Origin: a virus
Reading direction: 5' to 3' (one strand)
DNA length: 64,000 bases
IMG/VR virus record: IMGVR_UViG_3300046323_000234
The translations under genes and the position numbers were made by a program. Within the stretch, counting starts at the first letter, position 1. Each line of letters begins with the position of its first letter. Below the pieces are notes generated by a model that was given only the letters and a program-made list of their open reading frames with translations, made no database searches and was not told the DNA's origin. Below, one piece after another: positions 1 through 10,617 of the stretch.

Positions 1-1389
1 TGGGGTAGTATTAATGGTGTATTATCTGGGCAAACTGATTTATGGAGGGTTATTAGTGGGACAACATCAAATGTTGGTGATATAACAGGTGCAACCAATG
101 GTTTAACAAAGGTTGATAAGGATATTAGATTAGGTGGTAGATTAAGTGGTACAACCACAATTATATTTGAGCAAACTGGTTCAACATATGGAAATATATC
201 ATATGTTTTAACAATTGGTGAAGAGGAAAATGCGTTTAATATAAGAACGACAAGCAATCAAGCAACAAATCCAATAACTGAGATAAAATCAAATGCATCA
301 GAAATACAGTTATCACATTCTGATGATATAACAGTTAGTACGGTTAATGTTGGCGATTCTGGTAATGAAATGTTAACGCTTGATGTTACTGGTGGTAGTT
401 ATAGTAAACAATCAACTGGCATTGATCCACAAATCAATTTACCATTTGCAAAAATGGAAACTGTTAGGAGTGATAATTCAGCAGTTAATCAAATAAGGGT
501 TATAAGAACTGGTATTACAATAACATTACAGAATTTTAATAATTCGGATTTAGTTAAATTAGAATTTTCAAATGATGGTGGAACTAAATATACCGATAAT
601 AGAATAATTAATACTGGTATTGAATATGCTGGTAATTATAGAACTGGTTTTACACAATTTACATTAGTTGATAAGGGATTTGTTGAACAATTAGTTAGTA
701 ATACATCTGGTTCAACAGTAGTATTACCATCAGCAATAACAAGAACTGAATTATTTACATATATATCATCAGCTAGTACATATACTGTAAGTACACCAGC
801 TATTGATGTTTTATTTTTAGATGTTAATGGTATTGTACAAAGAAAAAATATTGATTATAGTGTTAGTGGAAATGTAATTACATTATTATCAACATATGAT
901 AACGGTGATATCATTCAAGTCGTATATTATCAAGATTATAATCACACAATAACTGTTGAAGCTTTTTGGGGTGATATATATGGTACATTGACTGCACAAA
1001 CTGATTTGGTTAATTATATTGACCAACAAATATTAGCATCAACACCACCCTCTCCATTACCAACAATATCTGGTTATACCAATATATCAGCAGTTACATC
1101 AATAAATTTTAGTAATTATAATATATTTAAAGCAAACGTAATTGGTGATTTATCACCATTATTAACTGGTGGAACAGAAGGTTTAACATATGTTTTAAGA
1201 TTGAGAAATGAATCCACTGGAACAACATATAATTTGTTTTGGTCTGGAAATACTTATTATAGAACCGATTCAATTCCATTGTTAAATATAATAGAACCTA
1301 GTACAACTAATGATTATTATATTTTTAGACTTGATAATTATTATAAAATAAACGTAGATTATTCGATAGCCATAGTTACAACATCATGA
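1..1389 (+). CDS. Tail fibre/virion structural protein, 5' truncated by window edge
   Basis: Frame of ORF 370..1389 is open from base 1 (WGSINGVLSGQTDLW...); WGxIxGxLxxQTDL motif occurs twice; Ser/Thr/Gly-rich beta composition. Confidence 0.6.
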   Translation, partial: WGSINGVLSGQTDLWRVISGTTSNVGDITGATNGLTKVDKDIRLGGRLSGTTTIIFEQTGSTYGNISYVLTIGEEENAFNIRTTSNQATNPITEIKSNASEIQLSHSDDITVSTVNVGDSGNEMLTLDVTGGSYSKQSTGIDPQINLPFAKMETVRSDNSAVNQIRVIRTGITITLQNFNNSDLVKLEFSNDGGTKYTDNRIINTGIEYAGNYRTGFTQFTLVDKGFVEQLVSNTSGSTVVLPSAITRTELFTYISSASTYTVSTPAIDVLFLDVNGIVQRKNIDYSVSGNVITLLSTYDNGDIIQVVYYQDYNHTITVEAFWGDIYGTLTAQTDLVNYIDQQILASTPPSPLPTISGYTNISAVTSINFSNYNIFKANVIGDLSPLLTGGTEGLTYVLRLRNESTGTTYNLFWSGNTYYRTDSIPLLNIIEPSTTNDYYIFRLDNYYKINVDYSIAIVTTS

Positions 1390-1937
1390 GCATATTAGAT
1401 TCATCAGGTAATAATCTACCACCAGAAATTGGATTGGAAGGTCATTGGTTGACTAAATATGGTAAACCAATAACTAACACTGGTTTAATACCTAGTAGAG
1501 TAGGTAAAACTGACAGATTTCCTGTTAGTGGGTCGTGTATTGCTCTCGATAAAACGGACGATTATGTTAATGTTGGTAATTTAAATACATCAGCTTCAAC
1601 GATATGTGTTTGGGTTAAACCAAATAGTGTAACAGCAGTTGTAAATTATTTAATACAATTCACAACAAGACAATCAATTAATTTTATTAATGCTGTTGTA
1701 GCCCCAAGCGGTATTACAAATACAATAATATATGTTAATGGTAATTCTGGTTCAACGTTAACAACAAACTGGAATCATTTAGTGGTAACTACACCAAATC
1801 CAATAAATTTAACAGATGTTACTATTGGAAGATTTGAGGGAAATAAATATTATGGTGGACAATTATTTGATTTGATATTATATTCAGATGTAAAAACATT
1901 ATCATTTATTAACGAATTATATAATAGTTATTTGTAA
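1386..1937 (+). CDS. LamG/concanavalin-like jelly-roll virion protein
   Basis: DDYVNVG, TICVWVKP, WNHLVVT, IGR..YYGG motifs typical of LamG domains. Confidence 0.65.
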   Translation: MSILDSSGNNLPPEIGLEGHWLTKYGKPITNTGLIPSRVGKTDRFPVSGSCIALDKTDDYVNVGNLNTSASTICVWVKPNSVTAVVNYLIQFTTRQSINFINAVVAPSGITNTIIYVNGNSGSTLTTNWNHLVVTTPNPINLTDVTIGRFEGNKYYGGQLFDLILYSDVKTLSFINELYNSYL

Positions 1938-4060
1938 TGGCAGATTTAACACAAAATACTATATTAAGATTTAAATGTGATGAATCAACTGGAACGACAG
2001 TTTATGATTCATCTGGTAATGCAATACATAAAGCATTAATTGGTAACATACCAAGAACATCACAAAACATATATTCATTTGCAAATGAAGAAGGATATAC
2101 ATTAAGTGGTTCAACAAGAATACCAAAACTAAATAATTCAAATACATTGGATGTATTTGGAAATCAATTAACATATAAAGGTAAGGTAAGTTATCCAGCA
2201 GAGTTTGTTGAAAGTAATGCTCTATCATTCGACACAATCGATGATTATGCTGAATTTCCAAATCCATATTCTTTTTTAAGAACAAATGGATTTACAACAG
2301 ATTTACCTGTTAGTATTTTTGCGAGAGTTATGTTTAAGGAAAATGGATCTGATGTTATTGTATTGGGTGCTTCTGAGAATGTCGCATCAAGTGCTGATAG
2401 TGATTTTGTTGTATATACTGATTCTGCAACAAATAAACTCAGATTCTCTATATATAGTGCAAAAGCAAGTTCATCAAATCCAAATAGAATAAGTGTTTAT
2501 CAAGCTAGTTTAATACCAACATTAAATAGATATTATAATATTGTAATAACATATAATGGAAATCGTGATTCAACATCTGTAACATATTATGTTGATGGTA
2601 TTTCAACATCTGTGGATTTATATACATTTATTGGTGTTGGTCATTATACTGGAAAAACACAAGCATTAAGAAGTACTTGGCAAGTATCTAAATTTGGAAG
2701 TATAAACTTCAGTTCAAAAGAAATATCTGCACTTAGTATTTATAATTCAGTATTAACTGCACAAGAGGCTTTAAATTTACATAATGGTATATTTACAAAA
2801 CCAGCAGTAGTATTTTTTCCATTTTCAGAAGGTATTGGAAATAATACATATACGACAAGTGGAAGTATAATTACTGGCGCAACATTATTCGGTGGTGTTA
2901 CAAGATCAAAACAGGATATATATCCATATAACCAATTAAATAATCATTGGCAGTATGTATCAGGAAACACAAGTGGACAAACTGTAACATTATATAGTCC
3001 AATAGATTTAACTAATAGTGTACCAACTGGATTTACATTTAGTAGATTTGTACAAGGTTCGAGATATTATTTAAATGGAAGTGAATCCAAAGTAAATTTT
3101 AATTATTATAATGCACCCAAGACAAATTTATTGCCAACTGGATATACGCAACAAACATCACCTAGTTCATTTCTTTTTTATAGAAATATTTTGGTTAGTA
3201 GTGGTACATCCGAATTTTTATTATATCCAGTAATTAACAATGTGAAAATAGTTAATAAAATTGCTAATTATTCTAGGTTAACAAATATCACCGATAGTGA
3301 TGTTTTAAATGTTATATCTATTATGACTGGATTAACAAAAAATGAACAATATGGTTTAAATTATTTAATAACATATTTAAAATTAACTAATTTATGGAAT
3401 AAGTTAAAAGCTATTTATCCATTTATTGGGCGAACGTCAGCGAATCATAAGTTTAATATCAAAAATCCTTTAGATACTAATGGTGCTTTTAGATTAACAT
3501 TTTCTGGTGGTGTAACACATAACGAAAATGGTGTAACATTTGATGGAATAAATGGATATGCAAATACTTATTTTACACCAACTGCACAACTTACTCAAAA
3601 TAGTGAATCAATAATTTACTATTCTAGGTCTTCTGGTGTTGGTGCAGCAGGTGTACAAGATGACATTGGTACTGCAACGTCAATAATAATTCGAAGTGGT
3701 ATGATTGTTCGTAATGATGTTGGTAATTTTGTATCACAAATGAATAGCGTAACAAATGGACTTACAAGTGTATCGAATCCAGATGGTAAAGGTATTTATG
3801 TTTCTAGTAGAATTTCTTCAACATCTGGGAAATTATTCAAAAATAAAAAAGAAGTTGCATCTAATATAAATGCAAATAATGGTACATTAGGAAATTCAAA
3901 TCATTATATAGGTTGTAGAAACGTCAGTAATGTTGCCCAAAGTTTTACACCAAGAAATACAGGATTTGTTGCACTTGGTGATGGGTTAAGTGATATTGAA
4001 GCTATTAATTTAAGTAATATAATAGAAATAACACAAGTAATTTTAAATAGAAACGTATAA
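1937..4060 (+). CDS. Multi-LamG domain virion/receptor-binding protein
   Basis: DESTGTTVYDSSGN, FDTIDDY, YNIVITYNG, FSEGIGN motifs; C-terminal LWNKLKAIYPF..HKFNIK domain; TAATG overlap with previous ORF. Confidence 0.6.
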   Translation: MADLTQNTILRFKCDESTGTTVYDSSGNAIHKALIGNIPRTSQNIYSFANEEGYTLSGSTRIPKLNNSNTLDVFGNQLTYKGKVSYPAEFVESNALSFDTIDDYAEFPNPYSFLRTNGFTTDLPVSIFARVMFKENGSDVIVLGASENVASSADSDFVVYTDSATNKLRFSIYSAKASSSNPNRISVYQASLIPTLNRYYNIVITYNGNRDSTSVTYYVDGISTSVDLYTFIGVGHYTGKTQALRSTWQVSKFGSINFSSKEISALSIYNSVLTAQEALNLHNGIFTKPAVVFFPFSEGIGNNTYTTSGSIITGATLFGGVTRSKQDIYPYNQLNNHWQYVSGNTSGQTVTLYSPIDLTNSVPTGFTFSRFVQGSRYYLNGSESKVNFNYYNAPKTNLLPTGYTQQTSPSSFLFYRNILVSSGTSEFLLYPVINNVKIVNKIANYSRLTNITDSDVLNVISIMTGLTKNEQYGLNYLITYLKLTNLWNKLKAIYPFIGRTSANHKFNIKNPLDTNGAFRLTFSGGVTHNENGVTFDGINGYANTYFTPTAQLTQNSESIIYYSRSSGVGAAGVQDDIGTATSIIIRSGMIVRNDVGNFVSQMNSVTNGLTSVSNPDGKGIYVSSRISSTSGKLFKNKKEVASNINANNGTLGNSNHYIGCRNVSNVAQSFTPRNTGFVALGDGLSDIEAINLSNIIEITQVILNRNV

Positions 4061-4061
4061 T

Positions 4062-4580
4062 ATGAAAATAATTTTCCCATTAAACACGGCATTACAGAGT
4101 GGTAAATATGCAAATCTAATATTGGATTTACTAATATTTCCATCAGCACAACAGCATTACATAAATGAGAATGCTAAATCATTAGAGATTTCGGATAGAG
4201 ATTTTGGTGTATGGTGTCAATTCAATGCAACAACACCGATTACAAAAATTAAAGAAATTGCTGATGATATTATATCAGCAAATCAAACATATGGATTTAC
4301 AACACCAGATATATTAGAAATACCATTATGGATAAAAGGTGATATTGGAATATTGGATAGTGAATATATAACTGGAACAACGTATAGACAATTACATGAA
4401 TCTGATTATCCAAATGCGCCATTTGCTACCAATGGAAGTGAATGTATAATTAGAATTCCTAATTGGGAGAATTGTGATATGGATTTCTTTTTGGAATTAT
4501 ATAATAAGCAAGGTGGATTATACAATATGTCTTTATTAACAGTAACACAAATGCAAACATTAACAACAAGTTGGATATAA
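4062..4580 (+). CDS. Hypothetical protein
   Basis: 172 aa ORF in operon context. Confidence 0.5.
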   Translation: MKIIFPLNTALQSGKYANLILDLLIFPSAQQHYINENAKSLEISDRDFGVWCQFNATTPITKIKEIADDIISANQTYGFTTPDILEIPLWIKGDIGILDSEYITGTTYRQLHESDYPNAPFATNGSECIIRIPNWENCDMDFFLELYNKQGGLYNMSLLTVTQMQTLTTSWI

Positions 4581-4591
4581 ATTATAAAAAA

Positions 4592-5032
4592 ATGAAAAAT
4601 AAAACAACAAAAACACAAGAAGATAAACTATTACATTATTTTGATGAGGAAAAGAACAAAAGAATGTTCTCTTACGATAAGGATGAATATTTTATTATTG
4701 ATGGTGTAAAATATCTAGTTCCATCTCATTTAAATAATGAACGTTTCTATTTCGATGGGGCAACTGTACCAAGAATATTTTGGTGGATATTTCCACCTAC
4801 AGGTAAAGCATTTAAGGCAGCATCATTGCATGATGTATTTTATGTTAGTGGATTTATAGATCAAATAACAAAAGGTAAGGTGACTAGAAGATTTGCTGAT
4901 AAACTGTTTTTAAAACATATGTTACAAGATAAAGTTCCAGCAATTCAATCCCATACTTTTTATATTATGGTTAGAGCATTTGGTGGCATCAAATTTTGGT
5001 TAGATGAGAGAAAAAGAAATAAATCCAAATAA
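4592..5032 (+). CDS. DUF1353 family protein
   Basis: FDGATVPRIFW...AASLHDVFY...RRFADKLF motif; ATG at 4592 preferred. Confidence 0.75.
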   Translation: MKNKTTKTQEDKLLHYFDEEKNKRMFSYDKDEYFIIDGVKYLVPSHLNNERFYFDGATVPRIFWWIFPPTGKAFKAASLHDVFYVSGFIDQITKGKVTRRFADKLFLKHMLQDKVPAIQSHTFYIMVRAFGGIKFWLDERKRNKSK

Positions 5033-5058
5033 CTATTTATATATAAATATCATATTTC

Positions 5059-5889
5059 GTGAGCAACTTTACCACAAGGCCAAATTTAGACAATAGAGAC
5101 TTCACACAAACCAGTGGATCAACATTAAATTTATATGGTAACATCATTTTTGATAAATCTATCATATTAAATGGTGTTAATATAAATGCATCGACTGGTT
5201 CATCACTATTTGGATATGTTTTAACACATACAGCTAATGGTATTGAATTAAAAGCACCATCTGGATTCACATCGGGTGGTGGAAGCGGTGGTGTTGGTGA
5301 TATAACTGGTGCTACGAATATTGGTGGTGGTGTTGGAGTATTTGCACAAAAGAATAATAAAGATTTTGAATTTAAATCATTTATTCCATTAAGTGCCATG
5401 ACAATATCTGGCAATTCAGATCTAATATACTTTGGAGTAAATATTGATGAAACTAGAACACAAAACAGAAATACAGTTCCCAATAGTAAATTATTGGATG
5501 ATCAATTAATAATTATTAATACTGGTGCAACATTTAATAGATCATATCAATTACCAGTTGCATTAATTAGTGGAATATCCAGCACATATATAATAGATTT
5601 ATCACAGGGTGAATTACATACATTGTTATTGTCAGGAAATACTACATTAAATTATACTGGTCATACGATTGGTAAGACATATACGTTAATAATAAAAAAA
5701 GAAACAACAAATAAAACATTATCATTTACAACTGGTAGATATATGTTTCCGTTTGGAACAGAACCAGTTACAACCGATCCAACAGCGAATGGTAGTTCAC
5801 CAGCAAAGAGTGATGATATATTAACATTATTATGTGTTGAATCAGCAAGAATGGCAGTTGTTTCAACACCAAATCTAATAAACAATTAA
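5059..5889 (+). CDS. Virion structural/tail fibre-like protein
   Basis: GDITGATNIGGGVGVF motif; late motif at 5033; GTG start. Confidence 0.55.
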   Translation: MSNFTTRPNLDNRDFTQTSGSTLNLYGNIIFDKSIILNGVNINASTGSSLFGYVLTHTANGIELKAPSGFTSGGGSGGVGDITGATNIGGGVGVFAQKNNKDFEFKSFIPLSAMTISGNSDLIYFGVNIDETRTQNRNTVPNSKLLDDQLIIINTGATFNRSYQLPVALISGISSTYIIDLSQGELHTLLLSGNTTLNYTGHTIGKTYTLIIKKETTNKTLSFTTGRYMFPFGTEPVTTDPTANGSSPAKSDDILTLLCVESARMAVVSTPNLINN

Positions 5890-5893
5890 TAAA

Positions 5894-8131
5894 ATGTTAT
5901 TTGGATTTAGAGGACATTGGAATGGGGTTATAGATACCACCGCAAATGGTGAGGTGAGTGTTGGATTGATACAAATGAGAGTTTCAATAGCATCACCTGA
6001 TATATTTAGTGGTGTGGTTGATATTGTTCCATTTTATTATGAAGCAGATGTTAATAGTGGTGGAACACCATTGAATATTTCATTAAATGGTACATTTGTA
6101 TCAGCAGCAACCACAACAAATAGAAGTGGATTTATTAGAGAAGGAACATATTCTTTACCAACTGATGGATATGGTGCAGCAACTCTTAGTGGCAGTAGAA
6201 CGTTCGGATCACAATACGTAGAACCAATTTCACCATTAACTAGAAGAAATAGATTTAATATATCTAGACCTGATTTGATTGAAGCAATAGATATTACAAC
6301 ATTATCAAATAATGGTGGTAAATCAAATACATCAAATCAACAGAGGAATATTAATTTTGACGATTATTCTAGATTTACGAATCTAAAATATATATCATTT
6401 AATGAAGGATATATTTCAGGAATGACTGGTAATTTACCAAATAGTTTAGAATATTTAAGAATTGGTGAACAACCAGTATTAAGAAATATTCCTAAAATTA
6501 ATAATGGATTAAAACATTTTATTCTAAATGAAACAGCAATCCCAACATCAGCAATAACATACACACTATCAGGTGTTTCAACATTAGAAACATTAAATTT
6601 TATAAATTTTTCGCCATATCCAAGTGTTAATGCTAATATACAACAATTATCTAATAATCTTGATTTAATAACTAATACATCGTTAAAAAATTTATATATA
6701 ATTAATAAATCAAGTGGTGATATTTTTTTACACAATAATCATAATCAATGGGTTGATTTTTATGTGAGAAATTCAATGTACACCAATATTGGATATATAA
6801 ATAGTTTATTTACAGGTTCAACCGTTAGAGATTTATTTATTGATGGAAATGGTTTATCATGGAATAGAAATATCGATAGTGATGATATAAATAATAATAT
6901 GAGATATTGTTATTTATATAGTACCAATATTAGTGGTAATTGTATTATTACAGATAATAAACCCAATCTAATCGATTTTAGATTAGGTAATAATACATTA
7001 AGAAGTGGTGTACAACTAAATTCACATCCAATAGTAAATATTAGTGGTTTAACTGCTTGTGAAACGATTGATTTGAGTGGATGTAATGTTGAAGAATTAG
7101 AGCTACCTGTTAATACTGTTTGTACTTCTTTAATTTTGCTTGATAATAGGTTAGATATCGGTATTAATCCAAATTTAGTGGCTAAGATTAATGCGATGAC
7201 CGCATTGGTTACATTGCAATTATCGAACAGCACCAATTTTTCTGGAGGCGCAGCAACGGGGCAGAATTCTACAAATGGATTGGGCGCAAACCCCGATTTA
7301 TCAAGTCTTGTAAATGCAACCACTATTTTTATAGGCTCTTGTAAAATTACAGGAATATTAACTCTTCCAAATGTTAATAAATTAACTCAATTAACAGTTA
7401 GCGAAAATACAGGACTGACAAGTATCGCTAATATTGCACCCCATGTTTCTTTGCTTTTATTTAGAGCAATAAACTGCCCTGCATTAGTCATTGCAAATCT
7501 TGCAACGTTTCCTGTGGCTACAACATTTCAAGCAGGAAAATGCACATTTACGTTATCTGATTACTCAACAAGGACTTCTGCAACAGAAATTAACCTTGAT
7601 TTAAGAGAATGTGTATTTTCTAGTGGAGACTTTATATTTCCTTCTGTTGCTGGAAGGTTTCAAATACCGAACAATGGAAATCTATTAATAACAGATTCGC
7701 CCACATTAACCGCTTTGACGAATTCTGAATTTATAACAGTTCAATCTTTAACTAATTCAACAACATTTAATGTGTCTAATTGTGCTATAAATCAAATCAT
7801 ACCTTTTGGTCAAAATTCATTCCTGCCGAGAACAATGTTAGTACAAGGAAATGGAATGAATGTTACAAATGTTGACGGCACAATAGATTCAATTTATCAA
7901 AATAGTGCAAAATGGGATAGAACAGTTGTTCACATATTAAACATCGCTGGCACAAACGCCACACCAAGTGGTTCATATGCTGCACCATCTGGTTATATAC
8001 AAGCTGATGGCGTTACAAATGGTAATGATGGATCACCAGTAAGTGCCAAAGAACAAATGTATGTTTTAGTAAATCAAAACGTAGATTTAACAACAACAAA
8101 GAAATATAATTGGACGATAACAACAAGTTAA
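5894..8131 (+). CDS. Leucine-rich-repeat-like virion protein
   Basis: Repeated LxxLxLxxN units (LPNSLEYLRI, LKNLYI, LTQLTVSEN). Confidence 0.55.
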   Translation: MLFGFRGHWNGVIDTTANGEVSVGLIQMRVSIASPDIFSGVVDIVPFYYEADVNSGGTPLNISLNGTFVSAATTTNRSGFIREGTYSLPTDGYGAATLSGSRTFGSQYVEPISPLTRRNRFNISRPDLIEAIDITTLSNNGGKSNTSNQQRNINFDDYSRFTNLKYISFNEGYISGMTGNLPNSLEYLRIGEQPVLRNIPKINNGLKHFILNETAIPTSAITYTLSGVSTLETLNFINFSPYPSVNANIQQLSNNLDLITNTSLKNLYIINKSSGDIFLHNNHNQWVDFYVRNSMYTNIGYINSLFTGSTVRDLFIDGNGLSWNRNIDSDDINNNMRYCYLYSTNISGNCIITDNKPNLIDFRLGNNTLRSGVQLNSHPIVNISGLTACETIDLSGCNVEELELPVNTVCTSLILLDNRLDIGINPNLVAKINAMTALVTLQLSNSTNFSGGAATGQNSTNGLGANPDLSSLVNATTIFIGSCKITGILTLPNVNKLTQLTVSENTGLTSIANIAPHVSLLLFRAINCPALVIANLATFPVATTFQAGKCTFTLSDYSTRTSATEINLDLRECVFSSGDFIFPSVAGRFQIPNNGNLLITDSPTLTALTNSEFITVQSLTNSTTFNVSNCAINQIIPFGQNSFLPRTMLVQGNGMNVTNVDGTIDSIYQNSAKWDRTVVHILNIAGTNATPSGSYAAPSGYIQADGVTNGNDGSPVSAKEQMYVLVNQNVDLTTTKKYNWTITTS

Positions 8132-8132
8132 T

Positions 8133-8306
8133 ATGCAATATGCTTTTTTTCATAAGGATAAAATATTAGTAGATGTATATGAATATACTGGTGGAACAAT
8201 ATATACGGCAAATAGTTTATATATCGGCACTATTCAAGAAGCTATTAAAATATTTAAATTACAAAAGATAGATTATTCCTTATTAACGGAATTAAATCTA
8301 ATCTAA
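8133..8306 (+). CDS. Small hypothetical protein (57 aa, MQYAFFHKDK...)
   Basis: Translated by hand; fills the gap directly after 5894..8131. Confidence 0.5.
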   Translation: MQYAFFHKDKILVDVYEYTGGTIYTANSLYIGTIQEAIKIFKLQKIDYSLLTELNLI

Positions 8307-8331
8307 TAATCTATTTATAATAAAGAATTAA

Positions 8332-8730
8332 ATGAAAAAATTTTTCATAAAAAAAGATTCAACATTTCCATCATTGGAAATACCATTAACTGATATATCT
8401 GAAAGATTTGATATAACTGATGATATGTGGGAGAATTGTGCTGTTACATTTTCAATGTATGATACTGAAAAGAAAGTATATAGAATAGCAAATAAAGAAG
8501 GTCAATTAATAGTTAGAGATAGAATACAACAAATTATAAAACCATATAATTATTTTGTTGGATATACGTTTGAAACAAAAGATACAAAATATTCTGGAAT
8601 ATATCATGGTGAGTTTAAAATAGACTTCTTTGATCAATATGGAAACAATTGTTTAAAACTAACAATACCAAATGAAGATATGTTATATATCATAATTGAA
8701 GATTCTATTACAAAAACAACAGTTATTTAA
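8332..8730 (+). CDS. BppU-like baseplate upper protein N-terminal domain
   Basis: FFIKKDSTFPSL...VTFSM...DTKYSGIYHGEFKI..LTIP; late motif at 8311. Confidence 0.55.
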   Translation: MKKFFIKKDSTFPSLEIPLTDISERFDITDDMWENCAVTFSMYDTEKKVYRIANKEGQLIVRDRIQQIIKPYNYFVGYTFETKDTKYSGIYHGEFKIDFFDQYGNNCLKLTIPNEDMLYIIIEDSITKTTVI

Positions 8731-8768
8731 GATTTTTCCGTTAGGACTGTTTGCGTTACTGCAAACCA

Positions 8769-8804
8769 AACCAATCCAATTCGCTACTGGATTGGTTTTT
8801 TTTT
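8769..8804 (+). terminator. Intrinsic terminator
   Basis: AACCAATCCA-9nt-TGGATTGGTT followed by T run. Confidence 0.8.
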
Positions 8805-8849
8805 GTTAATTATATTTTTTTGGATTAGATTTACATTTTATATTAAAAA

Positions 8850-10616
8850 ATGTTTACAGTAGAAGTGGAACGTATCCCAAAAAAACAGTCATTCATATTA
8901 AAATTTAATTATAATATTGGATTGGTTGAAACCATAAAGGCTACCAAGAAAGAAGGTAGAAAATATAATGATGTCCAAAAAAATTGGATATTAACTGTAA
9001 GTAATTTATATGATGTTATATCTCACTATATAAAATCTGATAAAATATTTTTTAATTTTATTAATGAAGATGATAGGGCATTCTTTAAGAAACAGTTTTT
9101 AAGATTAAGAGCAAAAGAGGTTGAATTATTGGATAAAAAGAGAATAATTGAAGAAAGAAAAATAAAAGCTATTCAATTTAAGAAAACAATTGAGGTGAAT
9201 TATTTACAATATTATGATGAAGTCACAAAACACATAAAAGATAAATCATTTATACCATATCCACATCAGATTGCTGGTGTTAAGTTTCTTGAAGTTATAA
9301 AAAGTGGTGCATTATTGTTTGAAATGGGTTTGGGCAAGTCAATAGTGTCAATAATTCACACATTATCAATGGATTATAAAAAGATATTGGTTATAGTTCC
9401 AAACAATTTAAAGTTTAATTATTTAAATGAAATTGAGAAATTCACCAATGAAAAGGCATATATAATAGGCATTAAATCTAATAAATATGATATTAGTGAG
9501 TGTAGATATATAATTGTTAACTATGATTTTTATTCAAGGTCTAGTGGATTAGAAACCAAACTAAAGAAATATGATTTATTAAATGGTGTAGAATGTTTAA
9601 TATGTGATGAGGCACATTATTTAAAGAATAGTGATTCAAATAGATATAGAAATGTAAAAAAGTATCATAAAGGTATTGAAAATAAGGTATTCTTAACTGG
9701 AACACCAGCACCATCTAGAATTAGAGAAATATATAATATGATGAATCTAATATCCGATATTGAATTTTCAAGTAAAGAAAAATTTTATACAGAATATTTG
9801 GATTTAGTGTATAATCCAGAAGAATATGGATGGGTTAGTAAATATAATGTTTTAGATAGTGTAGAAAGTGGTGAATTTGTAAATGAGTATGCTAAAGTAT
9901 ATGAGAAATTACAACCATTTGTTTATAGAAAAACCAAAGAAGAGGTTTTAAAAGATTTACCAGATAAAGTATTTAATGATGTTATTATTGAATTATCTGA
10001 TAAAGATTATAGGGAATATTCTAGTATAGCAAGACAAATAATGGCTGAAGGTAAACCAGAAATAGCTGTCAGAGTGGCACAAAAACAGTTTACTGCTAAT
10101 TTCAAATCCAATCCAATAATAGATTTGATTGAAATAATTGTAATGGAGAATGATAAAAAATTGGTTATTGTTGATCAATTTAAAGAACCATTACGGAATT
10201 TATATAATCAATATAAAGACATATCTGCATATTTTACTGGTGATAGTACATTAGAAGAAAGAAATGCTATTGTAAAAGACTTTCAAAATCCAAATGGTAA
10301 AATAAAAATTATATTTGGAATTGAAACTGTTATAAAAGAAGGATTAACTTTAACAGAAGCATCTGATATAGTGGTTTGTACATTATCAGATGTTCCAGGT
10401 ACTTATGACCAAGTTGTAGATAGACTTCATAGGATTGGACAAAAATCATCGGTGAATGTTTATAATATTATATGTAGAGATACTGTTGATGAGAAAATAA
10501 ATGATATGTTAAAAATGAAAAGAAAAGAAATTTCACTTGGAATCGATAATAAAATTAGCGACTATAAATCCAATGATATATCTTTGTCGGAAGTTATAAC
10601 AATTAATAAAAAATAA
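8850..10616 (+). CDS. SNF2/SWI2-family helicase
   Basis: PYPHQ, EMGLGKS (Walker A), CDEAH, LTGTP, EGLTLT, QVVDRLHRIGQ. Confidence 0.92.
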   Translation: MFTVEVERIPKKQSFILKFNYNIGLVETIKATKKEGRKYNDVQKNWILTVSNLYDVISHYIKSDKIFFNFINEDDRAFFKKQFLRLRAKEVELLDKKRIIEERKIKAIQFKKTIEVNYLQYYDEVTKHIKDKSFIPYPHQIAGVKFLEVIKSGALLFEMGLGKSIVSIIHTLSMDYKKILVIVPNNLKFNYLNEIEKFTNEKAYIIGIKSNKYDISECRYIIVNYDFYSRSSGLETKLKKYDLLNGVECLICDEAHYLKNSDSNRYRNVKKYHKGIENKVFLTGTPAPSRIREIYNMMNLISDIEFSSKEKFYTEYLDLVYNPEEYGWVSKYNVLDSVESGEFVNEYAKVYEKLQPFVYRKTKEEVLKDLPDKVFNDVIIELSDKDYREYSSIARQIMAEGKPEIAVRVAQKQFTANFKSNPIIDLIEIIVMENDKKLVIVDQFKEPLRNLYNQYKDISAYFTGDSTLEERNAIVKDFQNPNGKIKIIFGIETVIKEGLTLTEASDIVVCTLSDVPGTYDQVVDRLHRIGQKSSVNVYNIICRDTVDEKINDMLKMKRKEISLGIDNKISDYKSNDISLSEVITINKK

Positions 10617-10617
10617 A

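Noticed and set aside
8731-8768. Small hairpin GTTTGC-GTTACT-GCAAAC before the terminator as an ncRNA
   Set aside because: Too short and single-copy to support a call.
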